Below are positions 12,355-23,574 of a stretch of 43,251 nt of DNA, one piece after another; position 1 is the stretch's first letter, and each line of letters starts with the position of its first letter. The DNA is taken from NCBI RefSeq assembly GCF_001194135.2, contig NC_068984.1, forward strand, positions 42,383,220 through 42,426,470, given 5' to 3'. Under the pieces are notes generated by a model that was not told where the DNA came from, ran no database searches, and saw only the letters and a program-made list of their open reading frames with translations. This stretch comes from Octopus bimaculoides (Eukaryota). The translations under genes were made by a program, and so were the position numbers.

Positions 12355-12841
12355 NNNNNNNNNNNNNNNNNNNNNNNNNNNNNNNNNNNNNNNNNNNNNN
12401 NNNNNNNNNNNNNNNNNNNNNNNNNNNNNNNNNNNNNNNNNNNNNNNNNNNNNNNNNNNNNNNNNNNNNNNNNNNNNNNNNNNNNNNNNNNNNNNNNNNN
12501 NNNNNNNNNNNNNNNNNNNNNNNNNNNNNNNNNNNNNNNNNNNNNNNNNNNNNNNNNNNNNNNNNNNNNNNNNNNNNNNNNNNNNNNNNNNNNNNNNNNN
12601 NNNNNNNNNNNNNNNNNNNNNNNNNNNNNNNNNNNNNNNNNNNNNNNNNNNNNNNNNNNNNNNNNNNNNNNNNNNNNNNNNNNNNNNNNNNNNNNNNNNN
12701 NNNNNNNNNNNNNNNNNNNNNNNNNNNNNNNNNNNNNNNNNNNNNNNNNNNNNNNNNNNNNNNNNNNNNNNNNNNNNNNNNNNNNNNNNNNNNNNNNNNN
12801 NNNNNNNNNNNNNNNNNNNNNNNNNNNNNNNNNNNNNNNNN

Positions 12842-12890
<49 letters not shown>

Positions 12891-12911
12891 AACATATGTA
12901 CGTATGTGTGG

Positions 12912-12944
<33 letters not shown>

Positions 12945-13744
12945 CATACATACACAACACATATATATGTATATATATGTAAGTGTACATATATTATATA
13001 TATATGTGTGTATTAAAGTTTGTGTGAACGAATAAGTTTGTATTTACAAATGTTCATATGTAATTTATGCCTCTTTATTCTTATAGAGACACGTATTACT
13101 TACATAAAATATAGGCCTAAACAAAAACAAAAAAAATGCACATACTTACATACATACATACATACATACATACATCCACACTTTCATACATCAGTACATT
13201 CATACGTGCATACATACATTTACACACGTTCGTGCGTACATACACACAACAAACTAGCATATGACTTTAATAATTATAAAACTCTACAAATAAACGCGAC
13301 CCATCTTTTAGATTCCCACCACTTTTAAAAAGAAACAGCACACAAAGATAGAATTGTACGTAAATGCTATTCTAAATCAGAACCATTCCGCTTTTCCTTC
13401 TCTGCCAGACAGAAATTATTCTATTGATGATGTCTGCTTGTCCTCCTCCTTTTCTAATCTTTTCTATACAGCTCAAAGATGTTCATACCAATGTCATCTT
13501 CTGCATACATAACCTTATTTTCAACACCACACCGCTGTCGTTCGAAATGTGTGCTCCACTTACTTATTGCTGTTGCTTGCTTGTTTTTGCTTTTATTTTT
13601 TATTATTATTCATTTTTTGTTTTTACTTGTGCCTTTGAGTTAATTTCTCAGCCTCTTACCACTGTACAGGTTTAGCATATATCAGGCGTCAAACCGCATT
13701 CATTTGAAGAGGTATACGCTTTAGTTTTATGACTCTGTAATGTA

Positions 13745-13757
13745 CTACTATTACTAC

Positions 13758-13807
<50 letters not shown>

Positions 13808-13828
13808 ATAATAATAATAATAATAATG

Positions 13829-13860
<32 letters not shown>

Positions 13861-13897
13861 GCTGCTGCTGCTACTACTACCACTACTATTACTACTC

Positions 13898-13948
<51 letters not shown>

Positions 13949-14370
13949 ATAATAATAATAATAATAATACTGCTGCTGCTGCTACTACTACTACTACTAT
14001 TACTACTCCTACTACTACTACTACTACTACTACTACTNNNNNNNNNNNNNNNNNNNNNNNNNNNNNNNNNNNNNNNNNNNNNNNNNNNNNNNNNNNNNNN
14101 NNNNNNNNNNNNNNNNNNNNNNNNNNNNNNNNNNNNNNNNNNNNNNNNNNNNNNNNNNNNNNNNNNNNNNNNNNNNNNNNNNNNNNNNNNNNNNNNNNNN
14201 NNNNNNNNNNNNNNNNNNNNNNNNNNNNNNNNNNNNNNNNNNNNNNNNNNNNNNNNNNNNNNNNNNNNNNNNNNNNNNNNNNNNNNNNNNNNNNNNNNNN
14301 NNNNNNNNNNNNNNNNNNNNNNNNNNNNNNNNNNNNNNNNNNNNNNNNNNNNNNNNNNNNNNNNNNNNNN

Positions 14371-14407
<37 letters not shown>

Positions 14408-14425
14408 GCTACTACTACTACTACT
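13745..14425. repeat. (ACT)n/(AAT)n/(GCT)n trinucleotide array with a higher-order duplication, spanning a gap
   Basis: Direct reading. Confidence 0.9.
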
Positions 14426-14599
14426 AGTACTGGAGCTGATAGAATTTCTGCAGTACATTTTCCCCCATCCCTTCCTCCACGACTAATGTGCCGACGAGGT
14501 AGTTTCTATACTGTCACTCAGATTGCTAGAAATAGATTGTGAGATGGAATTGATGATTTAGTGTTCATAGCTTCCTGAACGTTTACTAATGAACTTATA

Positions 14600-15930
14600 T
14601 GAGATAAAATATTCTGTCGGGTCGCTATACAATTTGCATCATTTGTACATTTTTTTTGACAATACAACATCGCCACTTATAAATCACTATAATATAAGTG
14701 TTTCGTCTTTCAGTCAAAGATTTAAAAATAGTTGTAACTGATAAACACTGAAGATATGATTGACAATGTAGATACAAGTAGAAATGACAAGAAAACCAAC
14801 TGAATTCGTTCGACTGATTGGATATATCAACTGAAATGTTTAAAAACACACAACAATCTTTAAAAAAATGATGCGAACATTGGATAATGTAGTCTAACAT
14901 ACATTGTATTTAAAGAGAATAGCTGGATGGTTCCCGATGGAATCTTTGATCAGAGCTGAACAACAGCAGTCTTTATATGTCGCTTGGTTTAACACCACTA
15001 CTTGGCCACTGGATGTTATTTCGGGAATCTACCTTGTTGCAAGATACAGAACGGGTCGTAGTGTCGTTCTGCATTACCTATTGTCTTGGAGATCCTGCGT
15101 TATAGATCATGGTCTGTTACATCCAAGAGTTCAGCAAGACAGGTTTTCATGTTGGATTGGAATGATCAGAGGTATTTTTGTACCTAAGTTGAGAATTGAA
15201 GCGTGGAGTAGAAGAAATCTTTTTTGAATGTGTCTGCTACAGAGCTGGAAGTGAAGGAATCAATGAAATCGGTTGACTTTCTACAACAAGAGTGCTGCTA
15301 ATAGACTTGTCTGTCATTGAGAAACAGCAATGAAGAAGATTCTCTTCCAATTTATAAGGTGGAAACATTTTCAGGCTGCAGGATACATTAAAGCATCCTA
15401 TGTCTTTGTTAGTTAATAGGCGTTGTAGAATGAGTAAAAATTTGTAGTGAGTAGTAATTGGATGACTTCTTCCAGGTCTTTTAACCCGTCTTCTTTAGTC
15501 GTACTCCTGTTGCGCCGATGAGATGAAAGTTTACTCTTCGGAGATTCTAGGTCGTTTGCTGTGTAAGAGAAATGAGAAAACATCATACTTAGAAGTTTGG
15601 TCTTGTTCACTCATTGAAATGTTTCGGAATGGGCTGGGATGAAACTGTATTTAAATATCTATATATAACTGAATGTGTGTGTTCTGGACCATATTAAGTA
15701 TGATAAATTTTTTGCATGTAAGATTTTTCATGTATGTTATAATATTTGTACATATCAAAACATAATAAAAAAATATGTATGCGTATGTGGCAGTTAGCTA
15801 AACCGAGATGGTAATATTCGAAACGAGATCGAAAAACCAGCCCGACAGTTTGGATGCAGTAAGCAGAGCCTCCTTGTCTCCATATCGGTATTCTCATCGG
15901 CCCAGCTTACCCAGCTGCATCAAGAAAGTA
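14600..15930 (-). mobile_element. Heavily decayed Penelope-like element (RT, possibly GIY-YIG)
   Basis: Collinear remnants across frames: PMRIPIWRQGGSAY (~RPIVS..GS), SKYDVFSFL (~SYDVxSLFT), LEEVIQLLLTTNFYSFYNAY (~LCLxxNYFxFNxxYY), ELLDV (~FLDV), VVLNQATYK..CCS, and near 14620 CKLYSDPTE (~LYIGET). Each match is weak; their order is the main support. Confidence 0.45.
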
Positions 15931-16234
15931 ATCGAGTCTTTACATAATCACTTAACTTCGAATAAATGATCACAACTACTCGATTACGATACACATTGGG
16001 CTAAACAACAGCTATAGAGTAGTAATGGGTACCTCTATAATAAGCGATGCTACTTTGAAAAAAGGTCTCCGATTCTTTCCTTATGATGTAGTTTTGTGAT
16101 GGCTGGCGTTAACGAAGCTAACTTATGCGACGAGACACTCTTTAACTATTATGCCACGATTCGTCGAACCAACAACCACGTGCATTAAAGTAGCAGCAAC
16201 ACTTAGATTTTTATCTTCTTTCTACAACTAACAG

Positions 16235-16318
16235 GCAAAATTCAATTCACAGAGAATTGTTTGCGTTCATCAATCAGCATATCACTAGCTACCTAAATTA
16301 TCTAAATCTATGATATTG
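16235..16318 (+). other. Candidate non-coding exon (84 nt)
   Basis: Acceptor TTTTTATCTTCTTTCTACAACTAACAG and donor TTG|GTGAGA; stops in all three frames. Confidence 0.2.
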
Positions 16319-16811
16319 GTGAGACGATTCCAGTTGTCTCGACACAAAACATTGTTTATTGAGTGTTATCCAATCAATGGACACGATTCTATCATGTGAT
16401 GTTTTTCAATCCCAAATCGTTTATTATTTAAGCTTACTTCGATTTGTCGGAGGGGAAACTTTATTGACTGTATCAGATTAGATATACATTAGATATACAT
16501 TGACTCATTGGTGTGAATTTACTTTTTTTTACCGTAGCACGCTAATTGTGGTACAGACGGGTCATTTTACATTATGGACAATTGAAGTTACAGTTCGCCA
16601 TTTTGCAGTTTGGTTTGGAATTTTTGCAATGTTTCTTTGTTCGTTAATAAAGTTATTATCTGAGCAAAATATCATTATTCGTCTGAAGTTATACCTATTG
16701 GTCCATTTGAATTATTTCCGTATGCTCACTTTTTGCAATTACGCAGATTGCTATAGGTTAAAATTTTTCGAAAATCTTGTTCTAGTAGCAGGCTTGAGAA
16801 ACCTATGAATA

Positions 16812-16857
16812 CTTCTCTGATGAGGTGTAATAACACTGAAACAGGTCCATAACTGTC
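16812..16857 (+). ncRNA. Hammerhead-ribozyme-like motif, canonical core, stem I decayed
   Basis: CTGATGA (16817-23), stem II GGTGT/ACACT with AATA loop, GAAA (16838-41), then C-AG-GTC or ACAG/CTGT plus GTC at 16855-57. Stem I does not pair. Confidence 0.5.
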
Positions 16858-17127
16858 TGCTGTTAAAAAAGCTTTGTTTCTCTTCCCACCACCACATCCA
16901 CCATATCATCATAAAATAATTATTTCTTGATATTATGCTCCCCATCGTTGAACTAGTTTGTAATTCACCGATAATTGCCTATAGTTTATGACTTTCTTTT
17001 TCCAATTAAAAGATGAATTTCAGTTAACGGAGAATATGTTGTTCTTTGCATACGTCATTCAGTAAATTAGCATGCAATTGATAAAAGAACGTACAATCAT
17101 ATGTATCTGTTTGTATACATGGGTATA

Positions 17128-17340
17128 CAAGGTGGGGCTGAAAAGTTCCTGATTTGGGGAAAAAGAAATAGGAGTATCAGTTAATTATGACTTTAATTAA
17201 CATATTCCTCTCTCAGATTTACACACTTATTGCTGCAGTCCTTCAGTCTTTTTAAGCCCTGTAAAACAACTCGGAAAGTTAGGCCTCTAGCCAGGCATTT
17301 GCGATAACCTTAAGGCCAGGAACTTTTCAGCAACCCCTCG
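17128..17340 (-). mobile_element. 213-bp mariner deletion derivative (MITE-like)
   Basis: TA flanks; TIRs CAAGGTGGGGCTGAAAAGTTCCTG / CAGGAACTTTTCAGCAACCCCTCG; minus strand keeps a transposase C-terminus (LKDCSNKCVNLREEYVN*). Confidence 0.85.
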
Positions 17341-17579
17341 TATATATGTGCTATTGTTATTTAAGCCCAGCCCAAATTTGTTAGTGTAGATTTATGTGCA
17401 ACTGTTTCCTTTAATGCAGCAGGATGTCATTTCAGGCAGATTTGCTATTGCTAGAAGGTCAAGCGGTCATATAGAGGTTTCCTCTTTTGACTGGACTCAA
17501 CGATTGGAAGATAAATATACTGGTTGTTTGGAGATATATCATTAAGGTTTGGGCGTTTATGCATGCATACATGCTTGTT

Positions 17580-17768
17580 TGTATATGTATGTGTGTGTGT
17601 GACTGTGTATGTGTGTGTGCGTGAGTGTATGTGTGTGCGTGTGTATGTGCGTGTGTATGTATGTGCGTGAGTGTGTGTGTATGTATGTGTATGTCTGTAT
17701 GTGTATGCACGTGTATGTATGTGTGTGTGACCTTTAGTGTGTATGTCTGTGCGTGGCTGTATGCGAGC

Positions 17769-17818
<50 letters not shown>
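17580..17818. repeat. (GT)n-rich microsatellite
   Basis: Direct reading. Confidence 0.95.
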
Positions 17819-17819
<1 letters not shown>

Positions 17820-17998
17820 CCAGTGAATGAAAGTTTTTTGTCCGTCTTTAAGTTCTGAATTCAAATTCTGCCGAGGGTCGACTTGGCCTTCATCCTTTCA
17901 AGTTCGGTTAAATAAGTATCCGTTATGCAATGGGGCCAATTATAATCAATAACTCATTCCATCAAAATTTTAGGCTTTGTGCCTTCAATAGAAAAGGA
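17820..17998 (+). mobile_element. SINE family B, 5'-truncated, with (ATT)n tail
   Basis: GTTCTGAATTCAAATTCTGCCGAGGGTCGAC...CATCCTTTC...GGCTTTGTGCCTTCAATAGAAAAGG then (ATT)n. Confidence 0.8.
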
Positions 17999-18028
17999 TT
18001 ATTATTATTATTATTATTATTATTATTT

Positions 18029-18436
18029 TATGTTTGACTTTTGTTTTGCATTTGTACAAGTTGGATCCAAGTCTCACCCAGAGACCTCAAGAGACAACAA
18101 GTTAGAAGTTCATGTAGGTGTTATGCCTAGGGTACCATATATTTGGATTTGTACAGTTTTGTTCAAGTGAATGTTTAAGAAACCATAAGAAAATTATGTG
18201 TTTGCTTTAAAATTTGAGATCACATAGACAGTATTTTACGTAGGATATGGGCAGTTCCCATGAGCACTATCTTTTGAACTTCAGCCATTTTGGGGTTTCC
18301 TGGTATCTGAGCTAGGTAGTAATCAGCCCGTTTCGCTGCCATTCCCAGGGCACCTATGACAATAGGTATTGTTTTCGTCTTCAGATTCCACATTTTGCTA
18401 ATTTCTATTTCAAGATCTTTATATTTGCTCAGTTTT
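18029..18436 (-). mobile_element. R4/Dong-like RLE LINE, 5'-truncated 3' end
   Basis: KLSKYKDLEIEISKMWNLKTKTIPIVIGALG...VQKIVLMGTAHILRKILSM* (stop 18220-22) plus ~190-nt 3' UTR; (ATT)n on both sides. Confidence 0.85.
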
Positions 18437-18452
18437 ATTTTTATTATTATTA

Positions 18453-18547
<95 letters not shown>

Positions 18548-18565
18548 GTTGTTGTTATTATTACC

Positions 18566-18790
18566 AAGGCGGCGAGGTGGCAGAGGCGTTAGCACACCGG
18601 GCGAAATGCTTAGTGGTATTTTGTCTGCTGTTACATTCTGAGTTCATATTCCGCTGAGATCGAAAGGATGACAGGCAACTGTCGTCCTTTCAGATTGGAT
18701 AAAATTAGTACCAATTACGCACTGGGGTCGATGTAATCGACTTAATCCCCCCCACCCCAAATTTGAGGCCTTGTGGTTTCAATAGAAAGG
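18566..18790 (+). mobile_element. SINE family B, full length
   Basis: AAGGCGGCGAGGTGGCAGAGGCGTTAGC (A box)...GTTCTGAGTTCATATTCC (B box)...GATAAAATTAGTACC...GAAAGG(ATT)n. Confidence 0.88.
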
Positions 18791-18832
<42 letters not shown>

Positions 18833-18840
18833 TTTGTGAA

Positions 18841-19160
18841 GGCACATGGCTCAGTGGTTAGAGCATCGAACTTACGACCGTGAGGTCGTGAGTTCCAATC
18901 CCGGACCGGGCTACGTGTTGTGTTCTTTATTTCACGTTGTTCCATTTCACTCAGCTGCAGAAATGAATTGCGACGCCACTGGTGCCAAGCTGTATCGGCC
19001 TTTGCCTTTCCCTCTGATAACAGCGGTGGCGTGGAGAGGGGAGGCTGGTATATATGGGCGACTGCTGGTCTTCCATAAACAACCTTGCTCGGACTTGTGC
19101 CTCGAAGAGTAACTTTCTAGGTGAAATCCCATCGTCATTCGTGACCGAAGGGGTCTCCGA
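18841..19160 (+). mobile_element. SINE family C, tRNA-derived head
   Basis: TGGCTCAGTGGTTAGAGC (A box), GAGTTCCAATCCC (B box), a body unrelated to families A and B, and an (ATT)n tail. Confidence 0.85.
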
Positions 19161-19202
19161 TTATTATTATTATTATTATTATTATTATTTTTGTTGTTGT
19201 TG

Positions 19203-19245
<43 letters not shown>

Positions 19246-19246
19246 C

Positions 19247-19438
19247 AAGATGGTGAGCTGGCAGAATCGTTTGCATGCTGGACGAAATGCTACGTTATGA
19301 GTTCAAATTCCGCCGAAGTTGACATTGTCATTCATTCTTGCGGGGTCGATAAATTAAGTACCGTTGAAACACTGAGGTTGATATAATCGACTAGTCCCGT
19401 CCCACCAAATTTCAGGCCGTGTGCCTTCAGTATAAAGG
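19247..19438 (+). mobile_element. SINE family B
   Basis: AAGATGGTGAGCTGGCAGAATCGTT...GAGTTCAAATTCCGCCG...GGGGTCGATAAATTAAGTACC...AAAGG(ATT)n. Confidence 0.88.
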
Positions 19439-19487
<49 letters not shown>

Positions 19488-19490
<3 letters not shown>

Positions 19491-19730
19491 GCTTGACTTT
19501 TGCTTTGTATTTGTACAAGTTGGCTCCATGTATCACCCAGAGACCTCAAGAGACAACAAGTTAGAAGTTCATGTTGGTGTTATGCCTAGGGTGTCACGTA
19601 TTTGGTTTTGTACATAGTATTGCTCCAGAGAATGTTTAAGAAAACATTATGAGTTTGTTTTAAAATTTGAGCTTACACAGATAGTATTTTACGTAGGATA
19701 TGAGCAGTTCCCATGAGCACTATCTTTTGA

Positions 19731-19732
<2 letters not shown>
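19488..19732 (-). mobile_element. R4/Dong-like RLE LINE, shorter 3' end of the 18029 subfamily
   Basis: IQKIVLMGTAHILRKILSV* plus a 3' UTR matching 18029-18219; (ATT)n on both sides. Confidence 0.85.
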
Positions 19733-19803
<71 letters not shown>

Positions 19804-19805
<2 letters not shown>

Positions 19806-20015
19806 GGCAGCGTGCTGGCAGAATCATTAGCACAACGGGTGAAATGCTTAGCGGCATTTCGTCTGCCCTTACGTTCTAAGTTCAAATTCATCCTAGGTTA
19901 ACTTTGCCTTGTATCCTTTCGAGATCGATGAAATAAATACCAGTTACACACTGAGACCGATGTAATTGATTTTCCTCCTCCCTCAAATTTCAGACCTTCT
20001 GCCTTTAGTAGAAAG
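19804..20015 (+). mobile_element. SINE family B
   Basis: AAGGCAGCGTGCTGGCAGAATCATTAGC...GTTCTAAGTTCAAATTC...TTTAGTAGAAAG. Confidence 0.88.
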
Positions 20016-20139
20016 TATTATCATCATCATCATCATTATAGTCATGGTGTTGGTGATGGTGGTAGGTGAGTTTTACGAGTCTCAGCTGAATTGAATGTGT
20101 TTACATTCCCTTTTTTCGCTTCCTTCACTCTTACACAAA

Positions 20140-20172
<33 letters not shown>

Positions 20173-20189
20173 TGTGTGCGTGTGTGAGT

Positions 20190-20325
20190 GTATTTTCTCT
20201 TTGTGCTTATTTTTGGGTTCCTTTCTGTAGAAGAGCGTAGGCTCGAAACGTAAAAGACTTTTTCACTTCCGAACGTTAAAGTAATACATTCGTTTGCTTT
20301 TTACACACCCGTCTTCGTCTTTTGT
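20190..20325 (+). mobile_element. Penelope pseudo-LTR-like repeat, cut by a gap
   Basis: Homologous in reverse to 25091-25255 (hammerhead-like motif followed by ...CGTT(A)..TAATA.AT.C.TTTG...TACAC...GTC.TCGTCT.TTGT). The pLTR call rests on the hammerhead association. Confidence 0.55.
20221..20256 (+). ncRNA. Minimal type I hammerhead-like motif, variant core
   Basis: Stem I CTTT/AAAG; core CTGTAGA+A; stem II GAGC/GCTC, loop GTAG; GAAA; loopless ACGT stem III; triplet GTA. Confidence 0.55.
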
Positions 20326-21902
20326 NNNNNNNNNNNNNNNNNNNNNNNNNNNNNNNNNNNNNNNNNNNNNNNNNNNNNNNNNNNNNNNNNNNNNNNNNNN
20401 NNNNNNNNNNNNNNNNNNNNNNNNNNNNNNNNNNNNNNNNNNNNNNNNNNNNNNNNNNNNNNNNNNNNNNNNNNNNNNNNNNNNNNNNNNNNNNNNNNNN
20501 NNNNNNNNNNNNNNNNNNNNNNNNNNNNNNNNNNNNNNNNNNNNNNNNNNNNNNNNNNNNNNNNNNNNNNNNNNNNNNNNNNNNNNNNNNNNNNNNNNNN
20601 NNNNNNNNNNNNNNNNNNNNNNNNNNNNNNNNNNNNNNNNNNNNNNNNNNNNNNNNNNNNNNNNNNNNNNNNNNNNNNNNNNNNNNNNNNNNNNNNNNNN
20701 NNNNNNNNNNNNNNNNNNNNNNNNNNNNNNNNNNNNNNNNNNNNNNNNNNNNNNNNNNNNNNNNNNNNNNNNNNNNNNNNNNNNNNNNNNNNNNNNNNNN
20801 NNNNNNNNNNNNNNNNNNNNNNNNNNNNNNNNNNNNNNNNNNNNNNNNNNNNNNNNNNNNNNNNNNNNNNNTATATATATATATATGGGAATGATTGTAT
20901 GATACCGATTTATGTGTGCCCTTGCGCACGTGTTTTCTCTTGTGCATGCTTGCATAGAATTGTTCTTGCGTAGTGGCGAACTCTAAATTATTTTTAACAG
21001 CAGCTGTGGATGTATGATGTAGTATCTAATCAGAACTCTCTTAAACCGGGTTAATCATGTTAAAAGTTTTTGGCTGATAGCGAGAAGCCATCGATAAGCC
21101 ATGATAACCAGTGAGAATGCGTTGAATTCATCTGGCAAAGAGCGGCAAGCGACTTAATAGAAATAAGTAAAATGGGTGCGGTGAAGGGAGAGGTAAGCAA
21201 TGAGCAAGATTTACTCATACAGACACGCGCACTCACACTCACACATACACACACGCACACATATACACATGCGCGCACACACACACGCACACGCTAGCAT
21301 TCACACATATATAAACATTCACAGTAACACCAGACAGACATGCGTAATGCGCAATAACAAAATACATACATAAACACGTGCGTACGTGTCTGTGTGTGCG
21401 TGTGTGTGTGCGTATGAGTGTGTGTTTGTGTGTGTATGTGTGTGTGTGCTTGTGAATTTATGTACGTCCATGTGTATACATATATACATATTCAGACTTA
21501 TACATATATACATTCAAACATATATGCATACACACATATATACACACAGACGTATGTATGTATATATGTATGTATGTGAGTGTGTGTGGTGGGTTGTGTG
21601 TGTGCATGCGAGCGCATGTTTGATTCTGTGGTATTATTTTCTAAAGTTATTGCAGACGTTGTTAAACACGTAGTGATCCGTGACAGAGAAGACAGGATCG
21701 AAAGCATTTCAGCCATGGCTTCTCCATTTTTCTTGGAATAATACACTAAGGACAGCATTGTCCAGGGTGGTTTTTTTTTTAATGTTAGGGTGAGTATTAG
21801 AGGGATACTTCTCTGCCCTTTCTTATAGATTGTTCGGCAGCCTCAACGGTCCCTCTTCAAGGAAGATACATTGTTTATTGATGTACAGCATTTAATTTAG
21901 AT

Positions 21903-22058
21903 GCAGGGGTAGCTGCGTGGTAAGAAGTTTGCTTTCCAGCCACATGGTTCTAGGTTTACTCCCACTGCGTGGCACCTTGGGAAAGTGTCTTCTATTATAG
22001 CCTCGAGTTGCCCAAAACCTTGTGAGTGGATTTGGTAGATGAAAACTGGAAGAAGCCC

Positions 22059-22100
<42 letters not shown>

Positions 22101-22360
22101 GCGCGTGTGTGTACGTGTGTGTGTACGTGTTTATGTGTGCATCCTTGTGTTTGTGTTTGTCACCCACCGACGCTTGACAACCGGTCTTGGTGTACTTACG
22201 TCCCCATAAACTAGCGGTTTGGTAGAAAAGATCGATAGAATAAGTATCAAGCTTGAAAAGAAAATAAGTATTAAGTTCGATTAGTTCGACTAAATATTCC
22301 TCAATGTGGTACTCCTGCATGGCCGCGGTAAAAATCATTGAAACGAGAGAAAAAAGATAA
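21903..22360 (+). mobile_element. SINE family A, full length with an internal (TA)/(TG) microsatellite
   Basis: Head GCAGGGGTAGCTGCGTGGTAAGAAG...GGTTTACTCCCACTGCGTGGCACCTTGGG; microsatellite ~22059-22150; 3' half ...CTTGACAACCG...GATAGAATAAGTA...CATGGCCGCGG...TGAAAC. Resembles tRNA-derived octopus SINEs (OK/OR1/OR2 group; which one not determined). Confidence 0.88.
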
Positions 22361-22455
22361 AAACATGTACAAGTATATAAGTGCGTGTTTATGTACGTGT
22401 TTTTGTGTATATGTGTGCATTCGTGAGCGAATATATACGCGCTCGTGTGTGTGTA

Positions 22456-22475
22456 TATCTATCTATCTATCTATG

Positions 22476-22525
<50 letters not shown>

Positions 22526-22561
22526 CCTGTCTGTCTGTCTGTCTGTCTGCCTGTCTGTCTA

Positions 22562-22598
<37 letters not shown>

Positions 22599-22620
22599 AT
22601 GTATGTATGTATGTATGTGT
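22456..22620. repeat. Chained (TATC)n-(TGTC)n-(TATG)n microsatellite
   Basis: Direct reading. Confidence 0.9.
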
Positions 22621-23523
22621 GTATGTATCTATATATACATGCTCTGATTGATTATCTTTGTTGCTTCTGAGTATATTTCTTGGAAGTAAAAAATTCAATT
22701 CCACCGAATGACCCAATTAGTTAATTACAGTGCGATTTATATGTCTGCACAGTAGTTTGATGATCGCTCCTGTAATCTTTCAGTCTGTCTAGTCGAAAAT
22801 AAGATGGATGGGATGAAATAATAATGTGGCCAAAGTTTAGTCTTATCTCATTTTTAGCACATTGACTTAACTGAACAGATCTTTGACACATTGACTAAAG
22901 TGAAAATGATACATGTAGTAGCTGACTACATAAATTATGCGCATGCAATGTTGGTACAGGAGGAGGCTGTATACTCACATCAAAACATGAATGAATGTAT
23001 TTCTATTTGCTTTGTTCAGATTTTATATTAATCTATGGCTCATTACACCGTATAATTGAACTGAAGGCGAGTTTGATAGACTTCAGCTGGATTGATTTGA
23101 AAACCGACTACTTGAGATTTGATGTTGTTTAGAATCAAATTCTAACTGAGCAAACCTATAACCCAAGGTGTTCCAGTCTTGACCAACTCTTAGACATCAT
23201 ATAGGGATTTGAAGAAGCGCTGGTTGTACTTTCCAGGAGACTACATTAGCGACACCAATTTACGCAGTTCGAAAGCAGTTTCAATTTCCTTGAGACTTGC
23301 AATATCAACACAACGAAGGGAGAAAAGTAACAACTTCTGGAAGTGGTTCCGTACAAATTAATGTAAATTTATACACACACACGCGCATGCACACACGCAC
23401 ACGCGCATACACACACGCACACGCACACACGTACACACAAACACACACATACACACACGCACACGCACATGTATATGAGAAATTATGATAGACACAATTT
23501 TATTATGTTTATTATATAGTCTG

Positions 23524-23574
23524 ATCCCCACGTACGTTTCGCCTCTGTGTTTATTTGTAACCTCTACAATGGAT
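23524..23574 (-). ncRNA. Strongly degenerate hammerhead-like motif
   Basis: Minus: ATCC-A-TTGTAGA-G...C-GAAAC-GTAC-GT-G-G-GGAT. Stem II is unpaired beyond the closing G-C and the cleavage position is G. Confidence 0.25.

Noticed and set aside
13424-13675. Hydrophobic 83-aa ORF with a good internal acceptor (ending 13471)
   Set aside because: Hydrophobicity follows from T-rich sequence; two frames are open and neither is recognisable.
18841-18915. tRNA-like sequence
   Set aside because: It is a SINE head with A/B boxes that runs into a SINE body, with no acceptor stem.
21656-21741. Acceptor plus short frame (D)VVKHVVIRDREDRIESISAMASPFFLE*; similar case at 23237-23361
   Set aside because: No homology, no partner exons and mediocre acceptors; indistinguishable from chance.
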